Shown here one piece after another: positions 1 to 15,145 of a stretch of 64,000 nt of DNA. Location: NCBI RefSeq assembly GCF_009914755.1, contig NC_060936.1; one strand, written 5' to 3'. Origin of the DNA: the human T2T-CHM13v2.0 reference genome, Homo sapiens. A model generated the notes under the pieces. That model saw only the letters and a program-made list of their open reading frames with translations, did no database searches and was not told the DNA's origin. A program made the translations under genes and the position numbers. The number at the start of each line of letters is the position of its first letter. The stretch's first letter is position 1.

Positions 1-216
1 CCTGGCTAACATGGCAAAACCATCTCTACTAAAAATACAAAAATTAGCTGGGTGTGGTGGTGCACACCTGTAATCCCAGCTGCTCAGGAGGCTGAGCCAC
101 GAGAATTGCTTGAACCCAGGAGGAGTCAGAGGTTGCAGCGAGCCAAGATCATGCCATTACACTCCAGCCTGGGTGACAGAGCAAGACTCTGTCTTAAAAA
201 CAAAAACAATTAAAAA
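1..216 (+). mobile_element. Alu (cut by the window edge)
   Basis: Alu linker, right arm and A-tail. Confidence 0.9.
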
Positions 217-338
217 ATTTTTCGTGAAGACAGAAATTCACTATGCCAGACTGGTCTTGAACACCTGGCATCAAGCAATCATTCCGCCTCGGCCTCCCAA
301 ATTGCTGGGATTACAGGTGCGAGCCACTGCACTCAGCT
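217..338 (-). mobile_element. Alu left-arm fragment (AluJ/FLAM-like)
   Basis: ...GGCCTCCCAAATTGCTGGGATTACAGG... Confidence 0.85.
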
Positions 339-384
339 GTACGATACATTTTAAAATGTTAAACACATTTAAGGAATCTAAAAG

Positions 385-790
385 GCAGCAATTTTAAAAG
401 GTGGCTGTAAGTATCACACATTCCTCCCACCGAGAGGTGGGGTCTATCTAATTCCTCTCCACTTGAATCTAGGCTGGCTTTAGTGACTCTCTTGTAACCA
501 ATAAAATGTAGTGGGAGTGAGGATGCGTGAATTCCAAGGCTAGGTGAAAATTAGCCTTGCAGCTTCTGCTTTGATCTTTTGGAATACTTGGTCCAAAGGC
601 TCTTCCTAGGACACAGCTGCTGTGTTCTGAAAACCCCAAGCTACATAAGGGACCACATATAGATTCTCTGGTCAATAGTACCAGCTGAGCCCAGCCTGCT
701 AGCTATCCTTGACAAAGCACCAGGCACGTGAATGGAAAAGCCATCTGGGAAATTAATCCTCTTGTTCCAATTCTTCAATTGAAACTCCAC
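385..790 (+). mobile_element. MLT1-type (MaLR) LTR
   Basis: GAGAGGTGGGGTCTAT...CTTGAATCTAGGCTGGC...CAGCTGAGCCCAGCC motifs; similar to 60170-60725. Confidence 0.7.
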
Positions 791-1243
791 TGAGCAGAAT
801 TTATGTTTATGTCTGTATGCAAGAATTATTCACATTGCTATCAGTTTTCCATATGTTGACTTATATTTCTACAGAGTTTTAAAATAGCCTAGTCAAAATC
901 AAAGGCACATATCCCTATAGGATCAAATAATCCCAGAGGCACCAGCATTCCAATGAAGGGATGTTCATTCCTAAGTCTTAAAATTGTCCTTATAAAGGTC
1001 ATAATTATGCTGCTGTATGTTCCCAACATTGCTGCAACACATAGAAGAGAACATTATAAAATCAGTTTGAGAAATAAAATTCGAGATATTGCTACATCTC
1101 ATTTTTCTTTCAAAGTCACAATTATTACTTTTCAGAAGAAAATATGAAGCTTGAAAGAAAAGCATTTCAATAAAAGGTCTATTTTCTTTTCAAATCTCTG
1201 AATCAATAATTGAATTAAACCTGGTGAACAAAGAAGAGAATAA

Positions 1244-1557
<314 letters not shown>

Positions 1558-2031
1558 TGTATTTAATTCTTATACTGAAGAATGATTTAAAGACATCATA
1601 TATATTATGTGGATTAAGATTGAAGAAAAATTTCAGTGCTACTATCATAACTGGTGTATTACTATTGTTAACAATTGCTACAGCCTATTTGTGTGAATTT
1701 TTAGGATTTCAACTTTGACTGGATTCTAAAAAGAAAAAAACTAGGTTGAACAATGTATCAGATGTACTTATTGCCTCAGGTAGTCCACAGAATGAATTTA
1801 TAAATGCTTTAGCATATCTGTCCACTACATAAAAATCATGTCTACATTTCTGTTTTGTGTTATTTTGGATTTTCATAATCTATATAAATATCAATAAAAT
1901 AATATGTGATATTAGCTTTGCTCTGCTTTTATTTTACATTGGTAGCAATGGTAAATATTATTTTGTGAAACGTTTGAGGGGTATGTGTATATATGTGTGT
2001 GTGTGTTTGTCCTGGGTTGAATGTAAAATTA

Positions 2032-2367
<336 letters not shown>

Positions 2368-2597
2368 AAAATTTTTTTTTGAAAATACTAGTCGCATCAA
2401 ATGAGCACTGGCTTGGAGTCTGACTTAATTTTGGATGCCTGCTCTCTGATCTTGGGCAAGTTTCTTGATTTTCTGAACTTAAACAAATGTTTCCTCTTCC
2501 CTGTGGCATATTTACAGAAAGGAAAACCATCAATGATGGTTTTCAGGTAATTTGGTCTGAGCTGAGTTAAAGGGTTTTGAAAGCAAAGTGATGATAA

Positions 2598-2966
<369 letters not shown>

Positions 2967-3099
2967 AGGATTCTAACAATTTCAAAGGATTTTTATATGT
3001 AATTGTCAACATGCAAATTATTATGTTAAATTCAAGTGTTAAGTCTACATATTAATGTAGCCCATTTATTTACTCTTAGACTCTCTCCCTAGAAATGTA

Positions 3100-5352
3100 T
3101 CGTTAGTGTTCATTCATCTGCTTGTTCTTTCTTTTAATGACTTTTTTTGAGCATCTATTTTGTGCTGAGTGCTGTGCTTGTGCTTGAGATATTACAGTGA
3201 ACAACACTCAGGGCCCCCTACCTGTGTTTAAGTTGCTTACCTACTGGGTGGGGTGGAAGGTAGGCAGGTAATGAAAACATCATTAGACATTCAGCGTATT
3301 CTGTGGGTTCATAGGCGCGAGGTTCAGAGAAGACCTTTCAGGAGAAATGTCTAAGTCAGGTCAAGTGAGGTGTAGGAGAGCTCTGGATGGAGGAAGCAGC
3401 CTGCACAATGTCCACAGCAAGGACGACCACAGTCTCTTACCCAAATAACAAGTGGGTGAGTGTAGTGGGAGGATGGATAGGTGAGAGAGGAGGAGGAGGC
3501 CCTGTAGCCAGATTATCCAGGGAGGGCGTGGCTATTTTGAGGGGTAGTATGAATGTTATTCTGAGAGTAACTGTCTTTATTGTATTTAAGCTATAAAGTG
3601 CATTACAGTTAATATTCACTCATTCATTTACGCAACACATTTTTAGGGGCATCCATAGCTGCTCATTGTGCTTAATGCTGTGGATATAGTGGTAAACAAA
3701 GCATGCACAGTTCGTGGCCTCAACGAGCTTACAGTTTGGTGGGAGAGCAACCAACAGAAAAATAAAACGTGTGCATATATAATCACTAGTGTGAAAATGC
3801 TGTAAAAGATGTTGTGGTAGAGAATAATAGAGTGAGGGTCCCTCTGACAGGTTGGGTGAGGAGGGCCTCCCTGAGTAGGCACCATTTAAGCAGAGACCCA
3901 GAGGATACGAAAGATCCAGCTGTGCCCATGCAGAGTGGGAGGAAGAGCATTCCAGGTGGAGAGGGCAAGATAAGCAGGAGCCCTAAGATGCCAAACAGCA
4001 TGGTGTGTTTGAGAAATAGAAAGATCCACTGTATCTGCAGCAAGGAGGGGAGTAGCAAAGAATGAGCATGGAGTAGGAAGTGGGCATCAGATGATACAGA
4101 GAGCTTGAGTCCCAGGGAGAGGAGTCTGATGCAACAGGAAACCGTGAAAAGGTGTTAAGCAAGAAAGTGACAGCTTCTACTATAAAGATCAATCTGCTTC
4201 AGACTGTCTAATGCACGATGGAACACCAGGCATTGAGAACGGATTAGAAAAGACCAGGGTAGGAAGCAGGAGACCATCTCAAGAGTCCGGGTGAGGCATG
4301 ATGGTGGTTATTAGTCCACCAGGGTTGGGTGGAGTGATGGAGAGAGACAATAAGATTCAAGAGACACTTTGGAGGTGGAATCTCTGTCTTGCTCGTGGTT
4401 GGGAGACAGAGAATGAAGAATAGCTCCTGGAACCCTAGATCTGCTCCACCAGCCCAGATTTTTTGCATCTCAGTTAGTAGCAAAGCCATTCTTCTAGCTG
4501 CTCAAACCAAGAATCTTGGTGTCATCTTGAGTCCTCTCTTTCTTTCATGTACAGTCCACCAGGAAATCCTTTTGGGTCTACCTTCAAAATACCACGGACT
4601 CTGACCACTTCTTACTACTTCAGTGACACCATCCAAGTCCAAGTGACCATCATCTCTTCTCTGCTTGACTGCAGGAAACTCCTAACCGGCCGTCTGCTTC
4701 TGACCTCATCCCCCAGCCCCAACCCCGACCCCTTTATAGTATATGATCAAAAGAGCAGCCAGAGGGATTCTTGCAACAGTGGGTTTGATTTTGTCACTGC
4801 TCTGCTTGAAATCCTACAATGGCCTTCTCTATTTTATACAGAAGAAAAGGCAAAGCCTCTGAAGTGACTTCTAGGTCTTTACCAGACCTGCCCACTCCTG
4901 TCACCTCTCTGTGCTTCCCCTGGGCTCTCTGTTTCAGCCCCTCCGACCTCTAAGTTCCTTGACCACACAGGCCCGCCCTGTCCGACAGCCTTTGCGCCAC
5001 CTAGGATGGGCTTCCCTCAGGTTGCGTCTGGCCAACCCCTCACTATTTTCAAGTCTTTCTTCTCCAGGAGGGCTTCCCTGGCCACATCAGCAGGAACTGC
5101 ACACCACCGCCTCCATACTGACCTCCCAAACACTGCCCATTCTCTTTGGTCTACTTTTAAATTTTGCCATTGCACTTACTACTTTCTAAGATATAATATA
5201 ATATACTATTAAAATTTACATGTCTATTATTTGTTATCTATATACCCTACTCTACAAGGGTAAGGATCTTTGTTTTGTTCGCTTATAAACGGAATTGCCT
5301 AGGACAGTGCTTGGCATACAGGAGAGGTTCAATACATGTGAAATGAATGAAC
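3100..5352. mobile_element. Cluster of degraded L2 LINE fragments in both orientations
   Basis: L2 3'-end motifs (TTCATTCATT...; GTGCTTGGCATACAGGAG...TGAATGAA); purine-rich body switches to pyrimidine-rich near 4440. Confidence 0.65.
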
Positions 5353-6424
5353 ATGAGAGGGAATCATGAATGTGTTAAGCCAGAGGGTGGGCCAAACACC
5401 ACAAACAACGAGGTGCAGGCCAAAGCCTGGTTAATAGGGAGGAATTATAGGCAGGGGTCAGCAAAATGCATGTGGCCTTCCAAGTTCTCACTCCTGGCCA
5501 GGCAGGGCTAGAGGCACTGTAGGTTTGTGCTCCAGGAGACATCCCCACTCTTTCCCACCCATCCCTCCACTTTACGTAAGAGAAGTTAGGGGGAGACAGG
5601 AAACAGCTGGCTGCCTGATCAAGTGCAAATGTGAGGTTCCCAAGGAGGGGGATGACACTGTTGCCCAGAGGAATATTCTGAGCTCAGATGATAGTCACAT
5701 AGGGGAGAAAGATGATGCCTGAGGGCCGTCCAGCTAACAAGGAAGATGTCTGTCTATTCAGGGTGATTTTGTGTTTTGATTTGAGCACGTAGTTGAATGG
5801 TAGTGTTATTTAGAGATATGGGGAAGATGGAGGCATGAAAAGGAGGGTGGAAAAGTGTGCAGTGAGAGTTCAGTTTTGGACGTGCTGTTTGAGGTATCTG
5901 CAAATTCCTTGTATGAATATGTCAAGTAGGTCACTGGATATATGCATCTTGAACATCTGGATTTATTTCTGCATTTTTGTACTTTTCTTCATGTGCCAAC
6001 TTCCTGTTGGCATCCTAAGCAGGTACCAGGCTGGTGCCACAGTCAGGACACCCCTCTCCATCCTCATTCCTCACCTTTCTTTCAGCAATTTCATGAATTG
6101 GGAAACACATTCATTCATTTATCCATCCCACAATCATACACCAAGCTTTCACTATATACTGGTACACAGCTGGGAACTGAGGCTACAAAAATAAATAATA
6201 CTAAATATCAGCACTCAAGAAAACCACGTCTAATTGGGGCTGGTAAATTAAACAGTTGAGATTTATGCACTGTGAAGTATGTGTAACTTGAAGAAGAAAT
6301 TAATATTTCCCTGACCCTATCTCTCTTCCTACTAGAAAAAGACCCCAAAAAGAGGGTGGATCTTATCCATTCCTTAGAAGCCCTTACAAATGGCACTTTT
6401 ACAACTTTTGTTATGTTTATTTTA

Positions 6425-6724
6425 GGTCAGGAGCAATGGCTGACGCCTGTAATCCCAGCATTTTGGGGGCCTAATCGGGCAGATTGCTTGATGCCAGGAG
6501 TTCGAGACCAGCCTGGCCAACACGGTAAAGCCGCGTCTCTACTAAAAATACAAAAATTAGCCAGGTATGGTGGCACACGTGCCTGTAATCCCAGCTACTC
6601 GGGAGGCTGAGACACGAGAATCATGAGATTAACTTGAACCCAGGAGGCGGAGGTTGCAGTGAGCCTAGATTGCACCACTGCACTCTGGCCTGCGTGACAG
6701 AGTGAGACTCCGTCTGAAAAAAAC
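6425..6724 (+). mobile_element. AluS
   Basis: Full-length dimer. Confidence 0.92.
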
Positions 6725-8640
6725 CCAGAATTTTTGTTACGTTTTTGTATCAATGAGGAATTGTTCAGTGTATGTCTCAGCAGTGAACCCATTTCTTATT
6801 TCCGCATACCTGAGGGTGACATTTTGAAAGGAGATGAGATGAAGAAAAAAATTAAGAAGAGAGATGGGCTGTAAATAAATAGGAGTCAATAGGTCATGGA
6901 TGGTCACAGAACCCATGTGCACGATTTTCATGGTCATGGATGACCTGCTGTTGGGAGTGGGCACAATGACATGATGCAGCCAGTAGAGGGTAGAGAACCC
7001 TGTCCTGGGGACACCAACATTTAGGGCTGGGCATGGAGAGATGCGCTTATGAAAGAAGTGGGGAGGTAGTCTGAGGCAGGTGCACCTGGAGAATGGCAGG
7101 TCACAGGTACCAGAGGAAGAATACCAGGGAGAAGGAGAGGTCTCAGTATTGAACAGTACAGAGAAGCTGTTCAGCCTGATAAAGGCCAACTATTCTGGAC
7201 TTCATGATGATCAGTTTCAGAGAAAGTAAATGTCAATGAGTGGAGGAAATGAGGGGGAAGGATGTAAACACTCTGTGTAAAGTCATTTGTAAGACAATTT
7301 ATAGAGGTAATGAGAGAGCTGAGATGTACCTGGAAAGCAAGATTAGATTGAAGGAAGATGTTTTTTGTTGTTCTAATTAAAGAGATGTGAGCATGAATTT
7401 GTGTTGAGAAGGAGGAGGCAGAGACCAGGGAGAGACTGAAATAACAAGGACAGAGTAGATGGTAGAATGAAATTCCTGAGCAAGTGAGAGACCTGGCCCC
7501 CAGCACAGACGACACAATGAGCTTTGGATGGAAGGTGGGACACCTCATCCTCTGAGAGAGGGAAGGAGGCAAGGGTAGTGTTCCCCAATGACCGAGAAGC
7601 CTCTTCTCCTAATAATTAAATCAACTCTCGTAAGTCCACTTCCTCCGTGGAGCCTTTGCAGATACATCCAAGTGCTGAAGCTTCCTTTTGATTCTTAGAA
7701 TGGTTGAGGCTTTGCTGGGCTCTGCCTCCAGTTTAGGGCCCCCCTCATAAGACACATTCTGCTCACACCGGCAGACACCCTGGTGTGAATCCACAATCTG
7801 CTAGCCCCTAAGAAAGGGCTCTAAAAAGTAAGCAGAGACAACAGGATCACAAACATACATTATATATTCAGAAGTATGTCATAGACATTATGTAAGAAGG
7901 GGCAATAGTCTTGTGTTTGTATTGGTGGCATAAGAATTTCTTTTAGCTGAGTTTTACTATATGAGAGAAAACAAGGGCTGCTAATTTGACAAGCGGCAAA
8001 TAGGTTGCTGCTGGGTATCTATGCTGCTTCTGGAGTTTTGATCTCATGGAGTTTGTTCATCTAAATTCCAGGCAGTGGCACATACCCTAGGGACACAGGG
8101 ATTATCTCACTGCCACTCTGGCTGAGCCACGGAGTAAATTATACAGGGATGAGGGAACACCCACCCAGCATACTCACTGGTAGATTCACACCCTGTCTTA
8201 TTTCCTTTCTTGCCAGCCAGGGAAACCAGCCATTGAACTAAGCATTTAGTGTTGTACTGCAGAGCAGATAAGAGCATGGGCTCAAATTCTGACTCTGTCA
8301 CGGATCATCTGCGTAGCCTGGAGCATGCTAATGAGCCTCCCAAAGCTGCCCCAGTTCATCTGTACATGGGGTAGAGATGACAGTGCTAGTGAACACCTCA
8401 TAGGGCTGTGTAGAATACATAAGGTAGTCCATGTAACAAGTTTGCACAGTTCCTGGGACGTGGTGAATGCTCAATGAATATTAGCTATCAGTAGCTCTTA
8501 TTTTTTTAAAATTCCAGCCAATCTACATTAATACAACTGAGCATCTATGGTGCACACATCCTTTATGCTATGGGTGTGGGGTGGGGATTATAAATCATAG
8601 AGAAAAAGGAGTGTTCCTGAAGAGACCAAGGAAGAATTCA

Positions 8641-9170
<530 letters not shown>

Positions 9171-9806
9171 CTAATTAATTCATTGCCAAGGAGAGAGGAG
9201 GTCTTTTTACCCGAAGTTTGATTATGCAATAGCTCTTCATTGCCTACACAAATTTTTGCCATACCTTCAGCCCATTCTGGCATTTCCACCTTACATGGTT
9301 TGATTCTTGATTCTGAATTTGCGGATATTGTTTGGGTCTGTCCCCAATTCCTCTAGAATAATGTTGCTATAGAAACAAAATTACTTCTAAGGAAAAAGGC
9401 TAGAGCTAGTTAGAAATATAAATTCAAAGGCAAGATCCATGGCATTCAATCAACTATATACCCACCAATGCGGCATGCTATGAAACTTTAATTACTGTGC
9501 TCAAGATCAAAGTAACATTACTCAGGAGTGGAGAAGCCAAATGTAATTAAGGAGGTCTTTCTTAAACAAGTGATGACCAACTAACTCCCTGAGCTCAGCC
9601 AGGCCTTCCACTGTATTTATATACAGTCACCCAGGGCCCTTAAACACTCACATGAGCATGAGAATGTGGTGTTGTGCTGTGGGACATCCAGAACAAATTT
9701 TACTGGGTGAGGCTCACAAAACATACAAGGAATATTCATGCCTCGGGAAGATGGCTTCTGGAGGAGGGAAAACATCCTTATATATGCTAATCTGCAGAGG
9801 CAGCAG

Positions 9807-10122
9807 CTTTATTTATTTATTTATTTATTATTTATTTTTTTTGAGACAGTCTCGCTTTGTCACCCAGGCTGGAGTGCAGTGGTGCGATCTTGGCTTACTG
9901 CAACCTCCACCTCCTGAGTTCAAATGATTCTTGTGCCTCAGACTCCTGAGTAGCTGGGACTACAGGCACATGCCACCACACTTGGCTAATGTTTGTATTT
10001 TTAGTAGAGACAGCATTTCACCATGTTGGCCAGGTGACTCTTGAAGTCCTGACCGCAAGCAATCCACCCGCCTCTGCCCCACAAAGTGCTGGGATTACAG
10101 GTGTGAGCCAACGCGCCTGGCC
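9807..10122 (-). mobile_element. AluS
   Basis: Full-length; TSD GAGGCAGCAGC. Confidence 0.93.
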
Positions 10123-10669
10123 GAGGCAGCAGCCTTAAGGCTGTGGTCCTGAGCATTAAACCTAGAGTACAGTTTAGATTTTATTAATATCTGTATTCTC
10201 CTGGTTACTGCTTTCCAATTTACAATCTAAAATATTAGCTGTATGCTCTAATCCAGGCCCTAGAGAGGAGTGAGATGGGGCCAGAGGGTTTTTCCATCAG
10301 TGTATTTTGGGAAAGATACTGACAAGAGGATGACTGGGAATCAGGAAAAAAGATTGCTTTACTAATCCACAGATGGACAATTAGAAATCCTAGTCTCATT
10401 GGTTCTGTTTTTCATTCTTAAGTCCAGAACAAGGATAAACTTCCTTCATTTTCCTAGCTCCTAATCCCTTTTTCTCTTAATTCACTCTATCACTATCATC
10501 CGGTCACTTGCTATGGCTTCGCTGTGGGTAGGGGACTGAAGATGCTTCCTCCCTTCCTCATCTTGACCATGCTCCACTGTTTTGGGTTTTCAAAGTGGGA
10601 GAGAGGAGAGATGGGGGAAGCAGGAGACATCATGAGGGGAGGCCGCTACTGCTCCTGAGCACTAGCTCA

Positions 10670-11008
<339 letters not shown>

Positions 11009-11139
11009 AGAAGTGAGAATATAGAATTGAAGACTATGATCCTCTGCAATCTGGCCTCAACCCATCTCTCCAGCTGTTTCCCATCTTCCCAAACTCTTGA
11101 CCTCAGGTATACGCATCTTTACATAGTCTCCTTGCAAAA

Positions 11140-11580
11140 GACACTGTTGATCAGCTACCTCAGAGCCATTCTAAATATTCTTCTTCCTTGCTGCTCCTCA
11201 CTATAGAGGCTACAAAACCCAACACACACTCTCTCTTGCAGCTATGGATGGCCCTGTATGTTAGTTTTGGCCCATGAGATAAAAGTAGAACTCTGATGGG
11301 GAAACTTTTGGGAAAGCTTCTGTTTCTTCATAAAATGGGACAGATGCAACTGATACAGCCTGTCCTCATCTCCCTAATTTCCTGCCTTAAACATGGATGA
11401 GATGGCAGGAGCTGCATCAGCCATCTTGCAGCCCTGAGGGAGAGAGAAAGGCAAGTGCAGAGACATCAGCATTGAGTACTGAACCTGTCTCTGGATTTCT
11501 TGCTATGTGGGAAAAGAAAACCTTCTTGGCTTAAGCTACTGTTGGTTTTCTGTTACAGTTTCATGCATTCTTAAATGATA
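11140..11580 (+). mobile_element. Old MaLR/ERVL-type LTR (MLT1J/K- or LTR16-like)
   Basis: CAGCCATCTTGCAGCCCTGAGGGAG...TTAAGCTACTGTTGGTTTTCTGTTAC motifs. Confidence 0.55.
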
Positions 11581-11584
11581 GATC

Positions 11585-12390
11585 CCTGAGCTAGGTGCTG
11601 GGCATACAATGGAGAACAAAGCAGGTATGGGGCTCCTCCTTATCAAACTTACAGTCTTGTGTGAGAGCCAAAAAAAAAAAAAAAAAAAAAAAAAGAGGAA
11701 ATGAATAAGTTAAAAAATTACATTCCATGATGTCCAGCACTGGGCTCTGATCACTCCGGAGGACACAGTTTTCCCCAAGACCATGGCTACCTGGGGATCT
11801 GAGAGAAAAAGGAAAATAATTATACAGTGGTTTGTATTATGAAAAAAGCAAAAATATAATGGTATGATGGAGAACTATAGGGGAGGCTGACTCTATTTTA
11901 GCTAGAGGGGCCATTGAAGGCCTCTTTGAAGAGGAGGTAGTTAGGATCTGTAGGATGAGAAAACCTGGCCATTTGAAAAGGAAGTGAAAAGGGTTTTAGG
12001 CAGACAAAACAGCTAGTGCAAGGGCCCTAGGGCAAAAAAGGGCTGTGTGTGTTCAAAGTCCACTGTGGCAGAAGGGTATTAAGGGAGAGATTGGAAAGAA
12101 AGAAGTAGTCAGAAGGGGCCAAATCACACAACGCCTTGCAGGTCATAAAATGGAGTTTGAATTTTAGTCTAAGTGCAAAATAAGAATTTTAAAGCAAAGA
12201 TCCATTTGGAAGTTGTGTAGAAAATGTGTCCAAGGGGGCAGGAGCAGAAATGTGGAGACCAATTAGAAGGCTGTTGCAGGACTTCAGGCAAGAATGATGG
12301 TGATACATCCTAAGATGGTACCAGCAGAGATGGCTTCAAGATGATTTAGGACTTGGGTCAGTAGCACTTACTGATGTAGTGGTTTGATAC
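11585..12390 (-). mobile_element. L2 fragment hosting the SNORD88 retrocopy
   Basis: CTAGGTGCTGGGCATACAATGGAGAACAAAGCAG...GTGCAAGGGCCCT...AGAAGGCTGTTGCAG L2 motifs on both sides of the snoRNA copy. Confidence 0.7.
11723..11806 (+). ncRNA. SNORD88: SNORD88 (HBII-180)-like box C/D snoRNA retrocopy
   Basis: Box C ATGATG 11727-11732; guide TCCAGCACTGGGC; D' CTGA 11747-11750; degenerate C' GGAGGA 11758-11763; internal stem CCCCAAG/CCTGGGG; box D CTGA 11799-11802; A-rich tail follows. Closely resembles SNORD88C as recalled. Confidence 0.88.
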
Positions 12391-12689
12391 ACACTGATTA
12401 CCTTCTTCCTTTTTTATTCTCTGGCATTTCTCCTATATAACTAGCCACTTTTAAACAATATTTGTCGGCTCTTTTCTTCTGCTTGTCTGTAAATATTAGG
12501 GTTCCTGAGTCCTTACCTAGATTTTCTTCTCTTCTTACTCCTGGCCTTTCCTTGGGAGAGTTCATAATTCACCTACTCCATCTAGATATTTGTGATGTCC
12601 AAACACATCTCCACGTTAGGCTTCTATTTGTAGCATCAGACCCACACTTTCAACTGTCCACTAGATAGCCTCACTTGGATGCTCTGCAG

Positions 12690-13205
12690 GCCTAAATAAC
12701 CTTTGCGGACAGATTAACAGGGAAAAAATATTAATAGGAAAAAATATAGATTTTTATCTGATGTTAATATTTCTATGTGGCATGGAGGACTTCACAGAAA
12801 AAAGTGAAAACTCTAAAGCAGTTAGATTTGAGAATTATATACCATTTTAACAAAGAACAATACATTGTGGAGACATGACAAAGGAAAAAGGGGTTTGGGC
12901 TGGAAGGGGGATGGGAAAGTGACTAGGAAACATATCGGGGAAACTGATGGAAGAGAAGGGCAATTTTAATAAGGTTTGTACAGACTCATCTTGGCATTGA
13001 CTCCCCATCCCTGGTGATAAGCATGTTCTCCTCTTCCTAGTAGAATGAGAGCACCTTTCTCAGGGGAAATTTACATACTGCTTTTAGGTAGAAAAGGGGA
13101 GGGCAGACAGCACTTCCTGTATCTGCCATTTCTCCATTGCCTTCAGCTCAAAATAACCAATTTGCCACAGTGGCATAGTTTGGAGCAATGCTCTGCTCCT
13201 CTTCA
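12690..13205 (-). mobile_element. MER34/MER39-family ERV1 LTR
   Basis: Ends in TTGCCTTCAGCTCAAAATAACCAATTTGCCACAGTGGCATAGTTTGG...CTTCA. Confidence 0.65.
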
Positions 13206-14535
13206 AACCTTTTCCTTATCTCATTCACCAGTCAGCCACCAAGTCCTGTTAACCTCTTCTCTTGCTCCAAACTGTCTACTTCTCTCCATCCCCACTGCCA
13301 TGATCTAGTTTTGACCTCCATCATCTTTCTCTTAGTCTTGTGACTGGTCTCTCTGTCTCCAGTCATATCCTTTTTTCAGTTTATTTTCCATACTGTAGAC
13401 AGAACTTTCTTTCTAAAACATGACAGTATCACGTTCCTGCTCAAAGCTGCCCATGCACTTTTCAGTTTTCTTAAAACAAAACTTAAACTCCTTGACATGT
13501 AATAAGGCCTGTGTGGCTGCACTTTTGTCTTGGCTCCAAGGCTTCTCAAGTGTGGGAGCCTGTGGAATCCTCAGCTTCCTCACCTGTGTGTGGGAACAGC
13601 AGTACCTTTCTCACAGAGTTGCCCATGGAATAAGTGGGGCAGTGCATGCAAAGTGCTTGGCATGGTGTCTGATAGTCAAGGCTGGGTGGCTGACGGTTTT
13701 CACCCTGGATCTTCAGAAATGGTCATGGCCCATCCCTCAGAAGACTGCTGAAAGGACTCCAGGAAAGATGATGACATATAGCTCTTGTTCCTCTCCTTAG
13801 GAAACCCCACTTTATGTCCAGTAAGAACTCTTCATGGTGAGGATTAAAGCTCATTTTTCTGTTTCCTATAGAAACAGCAAATGGGGTGTGGGTGGGTGCT
13901 AAGGTGGGTTTCTCCCTGAAAACCTGTCCAGCTGTCGTAGGGAGGGCTGCTGAGAGCGTGGGGCCCTGATGCACTATGAGGATCAGAGTACCTCCTACAT
14001 GCCCTGGGGCCCACTGAGAGCTTCATCCTCCCCTGCTCACTCACGGGCTCTGCTCCAGCTCAGCTGCCATCCGGCTTCCTGCTCACAGCCTTGCATCTGT
14101 GTCCTTCTCTGCAGGCCAAACTGCACCTTTTCTTTCCTTCCTATCCTCTTCAGTTAATGAAACTGGACCCCAGCTGCTTCTCATCTCATCCCCCTAAACC
14201 AATCCTCCTGGAAAATCTCCTGTCTCCAGGGTAGTCTGTGCACCATAGTGCAATGATTTTTCTTCTTGGTCTGCTCTTGTGACTCCTGGAACCCTTCGCA
14301 GACCACAGCTGCAAACAAAATCCTCAACTTATAATCACAGAGTGCTACATAACAGTCATGGGAAATGTCTAGTTTAGGGATGGTGTGTGTCCTGGTATCT
14401 TTGCGTTTATATTCGGAAGGACTTGGGAGCTCTAAATATAGGGTTCCTGCAATGGTAAACACCATCAATAGTACTCATACCTATATTACCTTCAGGACTG
14501 TAGAACCTTGGAAATAATTACACTTATGATTTGTC

Positions 14536-14973
14536 TCAGCTGTTTAAGTCAATGCCTTTTATTTTTAGTTTTTCTGAAGACAAAGCTCTTATAAGAATCA
14601 CAGATGAAAGATCAGGCACAAATCACATTTTCCCCCTTAATAACAAAATACAAATCCAATAATTTTAGAAAATCAGTTTTTAGTGACCCAGATGCCTGGA
14701 GAAAAGCTGCCAGGATTTTTCTGGTCTATCGCAGAATTTTCTACATCAATGAGAAGGATGCTGCATATCTTGGCTGTATTATTTCCTACCGTGAGAAAAG
14801 AGACTTAGTATATGGAACATGCTTTTTTCAGAAAATTGGCAGTAACTGACTTTGAAGGAAAGTTGGTTAAGTTGGACTTGCAGCTGGAACTTGGGAAGCA
14901 CTGTCCCCTCCTTACCCCCGAGGAAGGAGACACAGAGGCACACTTCCAGTAAGTTCTTGGTTCAGTGGGTCAC
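14536..14973 (-). terminator. HEBP1: HEBP1 3' UTR with AATAAA polyadenylation signal (14563-14558)
   Basis: TTTATT on + at 14558-14563, about 410 nt after the stop. Cleavage site inferred about 20 nt downstream. Confidence 0.8.
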
Positions 14974-15145
14974 TCATGTCTTCAACAGCCAGATCTCATT
15001 GCGCCGTCCGTAGGGCTTCATGGGAGGGTCATAACCCGTGCAGAAGTAGATGTCCCCCCGGTAGGTGGCTGTGCCCTCCAGGGCAGCACGCAGACGGGTG
15101 GCTTGTGCTACGTAGTCTGCTTCCTTGGCATAACCACCAAACTGC
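14974..15145 (-). CDS. HEBP1: HEBP1 coding exon 4 ([56 protein letters not shown])
   Basis: Acceptor CCCCCAG| at 15146; TGA at 14976-14974; 172 coding nt; SOUL-family YDPP...RRNEIW motif. Confidence 0.98.
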
